Origin: Coleofasciculus sp. B1-GNL1-01
GTDB lineage: Bacteria > Cyanobacteriota > Cyanobacteriia > Cyanobacteriales > Coleofasciculaceae
Reading direction: 5' to 3' (one strand)
Assembly (NCBI GenBank): GCA_040220235.1
Contig: JAVJTO010000102.1
Length of the DNA: 64,000 nucleotides
Under the pieces are notes generated by a model. That model saw only the letters and a list, made by a program, of their open reading frames with translations. It ran no database searches and had not been told where the DNA came from. Both the position numbers and the translations under genes were made by a program. Shown piece by piece: positions 60,011 through 64,000 of the stretch (the first letter of the stretch is position 1; the number at the start of each line of letters is the position of its first letter).

Positions 60011-60697
60011 ATGCAAACCATCGTTGCTCCTCGCCTTCATCCCTCTCACCGAAATCCAGGACATCCCCTTAAACTGGTTGTCTTGGGAGATAGCCTGATC
60101 TATGGATTCGGTGATCCCGAAGGTGGGGGCTGGGTTGAACGGCTGCGACGCCAATACATGTTACCCGATAGTCCCGGTCATGTCCTCTACAATTTGGGCG
60201 TCCGAGGTGATGGTGTCAAGCAAGTCGAAGAACGTCTCGAACATGAGTTTCGCCGTCGGGGGGAACTGAGAAATCGCGTCCCTGATGCCATAATCTTGTC
60301 TGTAGGCGTGAATGATTCTGCCCGTGTCGGACGTCCTACGGGGCGGAATTATACAGACTTTGATAGCTTTCAACAGGAACTGGCAAATCTACTCGATCAA
60401 GCCCAGCGCTTATGTCCGGTTCTGTTTGTGGGGATGGTTCCTGTCGATGAGACGAAGATGCCTTTTCTGGATTGCTTCTACTATACTCATGCTGATCAGT
60501 ACCGCTACAAAGAAGCTACCCGTCTGGCTTGTCTGAGACGCCAGATTCCTTATCTGGATATTTTTGATGTCTGGATGAATCGGGGAACATCTTGGTGGAC
60601 AAAGCAACTGTCTTCAGATGGACTTCATCCCAATGTGATGGGTTACAGGGCGTTGTTAGAAGATGTTCTAGATTGGGAACCATTCCATCGACTTTGA
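60011..60697 (+). CDS. GDSL/SGNH lipase/esterase
   Basis: LGDSL, NLGVRGD, GVND, DGLHPN. Confidence 0.92.
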   Translation: MQTIVAPRLHPSHRNPGHPLKLVVLGDSLIYGFGDPEGGGWVERLRRQYMLPDSPGHVLYNLGVRGDGVKQVEERLEHEFRRRGELRNRVPDAIILSVGVNDSARVGRPTGRNYTDFDSFQQELANLLDQAQRLCPVLFVGMVPVDETKMPFLDCFYYTHADQYRYKEATRLACLRRQIPYLDIFDVWMNRGTSWWTKQLSSDGLHPNVMGYRALLEDVLDWEPFHRL

Positions 60698-60838
60698 AAA
60701 ATTTTGTCTTATGTCTTATGTCTTATGTCTTATGTCATTGGTTATTGAGCTTACTCTATTTTATCCCGGTCAGCTATATTAAAGAACAAGGAACAGGAAA
60801 TGAAATAATCCATGTATTCAATAGAGCATTAGTCTTTT

Positions 60839-61678
60839 ATGCATCATCCCTCAGCAAAAGACGCCATGATAAACAGACTTAAGGTGCGAATTTATCAAAT
60901 CTTAGAGCGGACGGACATTAGGGGTACGGCTAGCCAGATAGTTGATATATTTATTTGGACATTAATTGCCCTCAACTTGATGGCTTTTACCTTGGAAACA
61001 GTTGATCAGATTTGGAATCAGTACAGACAATACTTTATCCTTTTTGAGGAGGTCTCAATTGCTGTATTTACCGTGGAATATATCTTAAGAGTTTGGATAT
61101 GTACAGTAAATCCGGACTATAAGCATTCGATCAGGGGACGGTTAAGATTCATGTTCACCCCTTTAATGCTAATCGATTTAATTGCGATTTTTCCTTTTTA
61201 TCTGCCGCTCCTATTCCCCGATTTGCGATTTTTAAGATCTTTACGACTATTCCGATTTTTTAGAATTTTGAAACTAAGCCGTTATTCAGCTTCATTAAGA
61301 ACATTAGGACGAGTAATTCGGTCAAAGAAAGAGGAATTAATTATAACCTTTTTTGTTTTATTTATCTTATTGTTTTGCGCCTCTAGTCTAATTTATTTTG
61401 CCGAACATGAAGCGCAGGCGGAAGCGTTCCCGAATATCCCCATGTCCATGTGGTGGGGTGTGATTACCTTAACCACCGTAGGCTACGGTGACGTCTATCC
61501 AGTCACGCTGATCGGGAAATTACTAGGTGCGACATTAGCGGTGCTGGGAATTGGTATATTTGCTTTACCTGCTGGTATATTGGCGTCTGGATTCTCGGAA
61601 GAACTTCAAGTGAGACACCCGCTCAAACGTAAGCGAACCGGAAAATTTTGTCCTCATTGTGGAAAACCCATTCATTGA
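60839..61678 (+). CDS. Voltage-gated-type potassium channel (ion transport protein)
   Basis: Six transmembrane segments, S4-like RFLRSLRLFRFFRILK, TTVGYGD filter, C-terminal CPHC. Confidence 0.92.
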   Translation: MHHPSAKDAMINRLKVRIYQILERTDIRGTASQIVDIFIWTLIALNLMAFTLETVDQIWNQYRQYFILFEEVSIAVFTVEYILRVWICTVNPDYKHSIRGRLRFMFTPLMLIDLIAIFPFYLPLLFPDLRFLRSLRLFRFFRILKLSRYSASLRTLGRVIRSKKEELIITFFVLFILLFCASSLIYFAEHEAQAEAFPNIPMSMWWGVITLTTVGYGDVYPVTLIGKLLGATLAVLGIGIFALPAGILASGFSEELQVRHPLKRKRTGKFCPHCGKPIH

Positions 61679-61690
61679 TCCCCAATCTGA

Positions 61691-62533
61691 ATGTCTAATA
61701 CCAAAACAGAATGGCAAGGCAGTTTAGAGTTAGTTTATGCCGATGATCAAGGTGAAACCCGCTTAGTGCGCGATCGCATAACTTCCCCTCTGAAGGTGCA
61801 GCGCCCTTTTTACCCCGAAGGACAAAGAGTTTGTCATACGGTAGTTTTACATACAGCCGGGGGTATTGTCGGTGGCGATCGCTTGTCACAAACCATCCAC
61901 CTACAAGAAGATAGCCAAGCCTTGATTACCACGGCGGCGGCGAGTAAAATCTATCGCAGCAATGGACAAGCTGCCAAACAACAGATTCATATCCACGTCG
62001 AGGCGGGGGCTTGTTTGGAATGGTTACCTCAGCAAACAATTGTATTTAATGGTGCCATTTATCAGCAGCAGATGACGGTAGAATTAGCTCCGGGCGCCAG
62101 TTGGTTAGCCTGGGAGATTACCCGATTTGGGCGTACTGCTAGGAAGGAACGGTTCTTACAAGGGGATTGGCGATCGCATACCGAAATTTGGCAGCAAGGA
62201 CACCCATTGTGGATTGATCGTCAGTGGTTACCGGGAGGGGAAGCGGTACTCGATAGTCCCCATGGATTAGCTGGACAGCCAATTGTCGGAACGCTGATCT
62301 GGATCGGGCAACCTGTATCATCCGCGATCGTGGATAATGCTAGAAGCTTGTGGACAGCCAACCAACGCCAAGGAGAAGCCGGAGTGACCCAAACTCAGGA
62401 ACAAGGATTATTATGCCGTTATCGTGGTTCATCAACCACTGAGGTGCGACATTGGTTTACAGAGGTGTGGCAGTGTCTGCGTCTTACTTATCTGGGACGC
62501 ACGGTTTCCAAGCCACGAGTTTGGCTACTGTAA
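61691..62533 (+). CDS. ureD: Urease accessory protein UreD
   Basis: PLKVQRPFYPEG, HTAGGIVGGD, TTAAASKIYRS, LEWLPQ. Confidence 0.94.
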   Translation: MSNTKTEWQGSLELVYADDQGETRLVRDRITSPLKVQRPFYPEGQRVCHTVVLHTAGGIVGGDRLSQTIHLQEDSQALITTAAASKIYRSNGQAAKQQIHIHVEAGACLEWLPQQTIVFNGAIYQQQMTVELAPGASWLAWEITRFGRTARKERFLQGDWRSHTEIWQQGHPLWIDRQWLPGGEAVLDSPHGLAGQPIVGTLIWIGQPVSSAIVDNARSLWTANQRQGEAGVTQTQEQGLLCRYRGSSTTEVRHWFTEVWQCLRLTYLGRTVSKPRVWLL

Positions 62534-62683
62534 GTAGGTGGGAAAATTAAAGTTAATGGCTATGATCGTCATTTGTCATTGGTCATTTGTCCTTTGTAAG
62601 AGTTTGAGGACTATGTACGAACTTTAATAGAGTTGATTTTAGCTGATTAAATCGCGTCTACTGTCTAATTATCCATTGCCATT

Positions 62684-62989
62684 ATGCAACTCTCACCCCA
62701 GGAAAAAGATAAATTACTGGTTTTCACCGCCGCCTTACTCGCGGAACGACGCAAAGCACGCGGACTCAAACTGAATTATCCTGAAGCCGTCGCGTATATT
62801 TCGGCGGCTATTTTAGAAGGGGCGAGAGAGGGACGCACGGTGGCGGAGTTAATGAGTGATGGAACCACTCTGCTAACACGGGATGATGTCATGGACGGCA
62901 TACCAGAGATGGTGCAGGAAGTCCAGGTTGAAGCCACGTTTCCGGATGGAACAAAACTCGTCACCGTTCATAATCCCATCCGCTCGTAG
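62684..62989 (+). CDS. ureA: Urease subunit gamma
   Basis: [39 protein letters not shown]. Confidence 0.97.
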   Translation: MQLSPQEKDKLLVFTAALLAERRKARGLKLNYPEAVAYISAAILEGAREGRTVAELMSDGTTLLTRDDVMDGIPEMVQEVQVEATFPDGTKLVTVHNPIRS

Positions 62990-63171
62990 GGGTTTGGTCT
63001 CCAAACCCCGACAAAGCCACTGGTTGGGAGTAATAAATCAGGTAGTCAGCGATGGTACAGCACTTTCATGTCACGGTGTAGTACAGTAACGATAAAACAG
63101 TGCTTTTCTACTCTTGGAAATGGCGTACCACATCGAATCTGAAAACGCTGTAATTTGCCCACCCGACAAAA

Positions 63172-64000
63172 TTAGGCGCTCTTTCGCTTTAGTAGCGAAC
63201 CCGCACCTATTGCACCGAAGGTCAAGATTCCCAGCGTTGCAGTTGGTTCAGGGACTCCTTGAGATGGCTGTGGTGTCAACAGAACAGCATGAAGTTCACC
63301 ATTGATAACGCCAGCCCCCGCGATTTGCCCCTGATCATTGATACCTTGTGCCTGAGTAAGGATAAAATCGGAACCGGGAGCAATCAGTTCGTTAAGGTCT
63401 TGCATTACACCGTCGCTATAGAGAAAGGCACGGATACCAACGCCGCTCTCCGAATAAAAGCTAGGGTTATTACCTGACCAGCCGACCACTTGACCCAAGT
63501 TGTTAATACCACTAGCGACACTGTAAGTATCAGTGGGAAACAGTCTGCCCAGGCTAATCATCTCTGTGTTGCTGCTGTATAGAAAAGCCATACCGTCATT
63601 GACACCACTGGGAGCTGAAGTTCCTACCACTTGACCTAAGTCGTTAATATCTTGGGCTGTACTGTAGTTATGACCAGGAAGAGTACCTAAATTAGTAATT
63701 GTGCCGTTGTCGTACAAAAAGGCTCGGCTGGGAGAACCGAAAATGCCGACCACTTGACCAGGATTGTTCATGCCATAAGCGATATTACCTTCAGGAAGCA
63801 AGCTACTTGTCGTACCATTACTATACAAAAAAGCACCAATGCCGTGCGCTCCGCCAACTATTTGACCCGAATCGTTAATGGCATAGGGAATGCCATCGCT
63901 AATGCCGATGCTCTGTGTTGTTCCATTGCTGTATACAAAGGGGTGATTTCCAGTGAAGCTGTTAGTGTTAACTGAATTACCCACTACTTGACCAAAGTTG
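63172..64000 (-). CDS. PEP-CTERM protein with HAF-type repeats (5' end outside the window)
   Basis: Repeated A..IND.GQVVG...AFLY units; C-terminal VPEP + transmembrane segment + KRK. Confidence 0.88.
   Translation of the reverse strand, partial: NFGQVVGNSVNTNSFTGNHPFVYSNGTTQSIGISDGIPYAINDSGQIVGGAHGIGAFLYSNGTTSSLLPEGNIAYGMNNPGQVVGIFGSPSRAFLYDNGTITNLGTLPGHNYSTAQDINDLGQVVGTSAPSGVNDGMAFLYSSNTEMISLGRLFPTDTYSVASGINNLGQVVGWSGNNPSFYSESGVGIRAFLYSDGVMQDLNELIAPGSDFILTQAQGINDQGQIAGAGVINGELHAVLLTPQPSQGVPEPTATLGILTFGAIGAGSLLKRKSA

Overview
Cyanobacterial chromosomal DNA. The HIP1 octamer GCGATCGC is very frequent, short tandem repeats of 7-9 bp are common, and intergenic spaces are full of REP- and MITE-like elements. 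A filamentous, Coleofasciculus/Microcoleus-like source is my inference, not something the sequence proves. Housekeeping and common genes include a GyrA/ParC paralogue, pilT, pnp, sucrose synthase, carB, rplY, purA, ppk2, ureD/ureA and a MacAB/DevBCA-type exporter. Accessory modules include: (1) a Roadblock / DUF4388 / MglA-like GTPase / DUF4388 cluster; (2) an orphan HEARO/omegaRNA in a protein-less IscB-type element; (3) a 1,693-aa polymorphic-toxin-like gene followed by a candidate immunity gene and a YbjN-domain gene; (4) a Snf2 helicase with a LAGLIDADG intein; (5) a DUF433/PIN toxin-antitoxin pair; (6) an ATPase plus TPR-STAND-WD40 pair with near-identical repeats; (7) a RAYT remnant between inverted REPs; (8) a GNAT gene bearing integron-cassette signatures next to a duplicated gene 3' end; (9) a metallothionein missed by the ORF track, with two SmtB-type operators. 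All calls come from reading motifs by eye; no searches were run.
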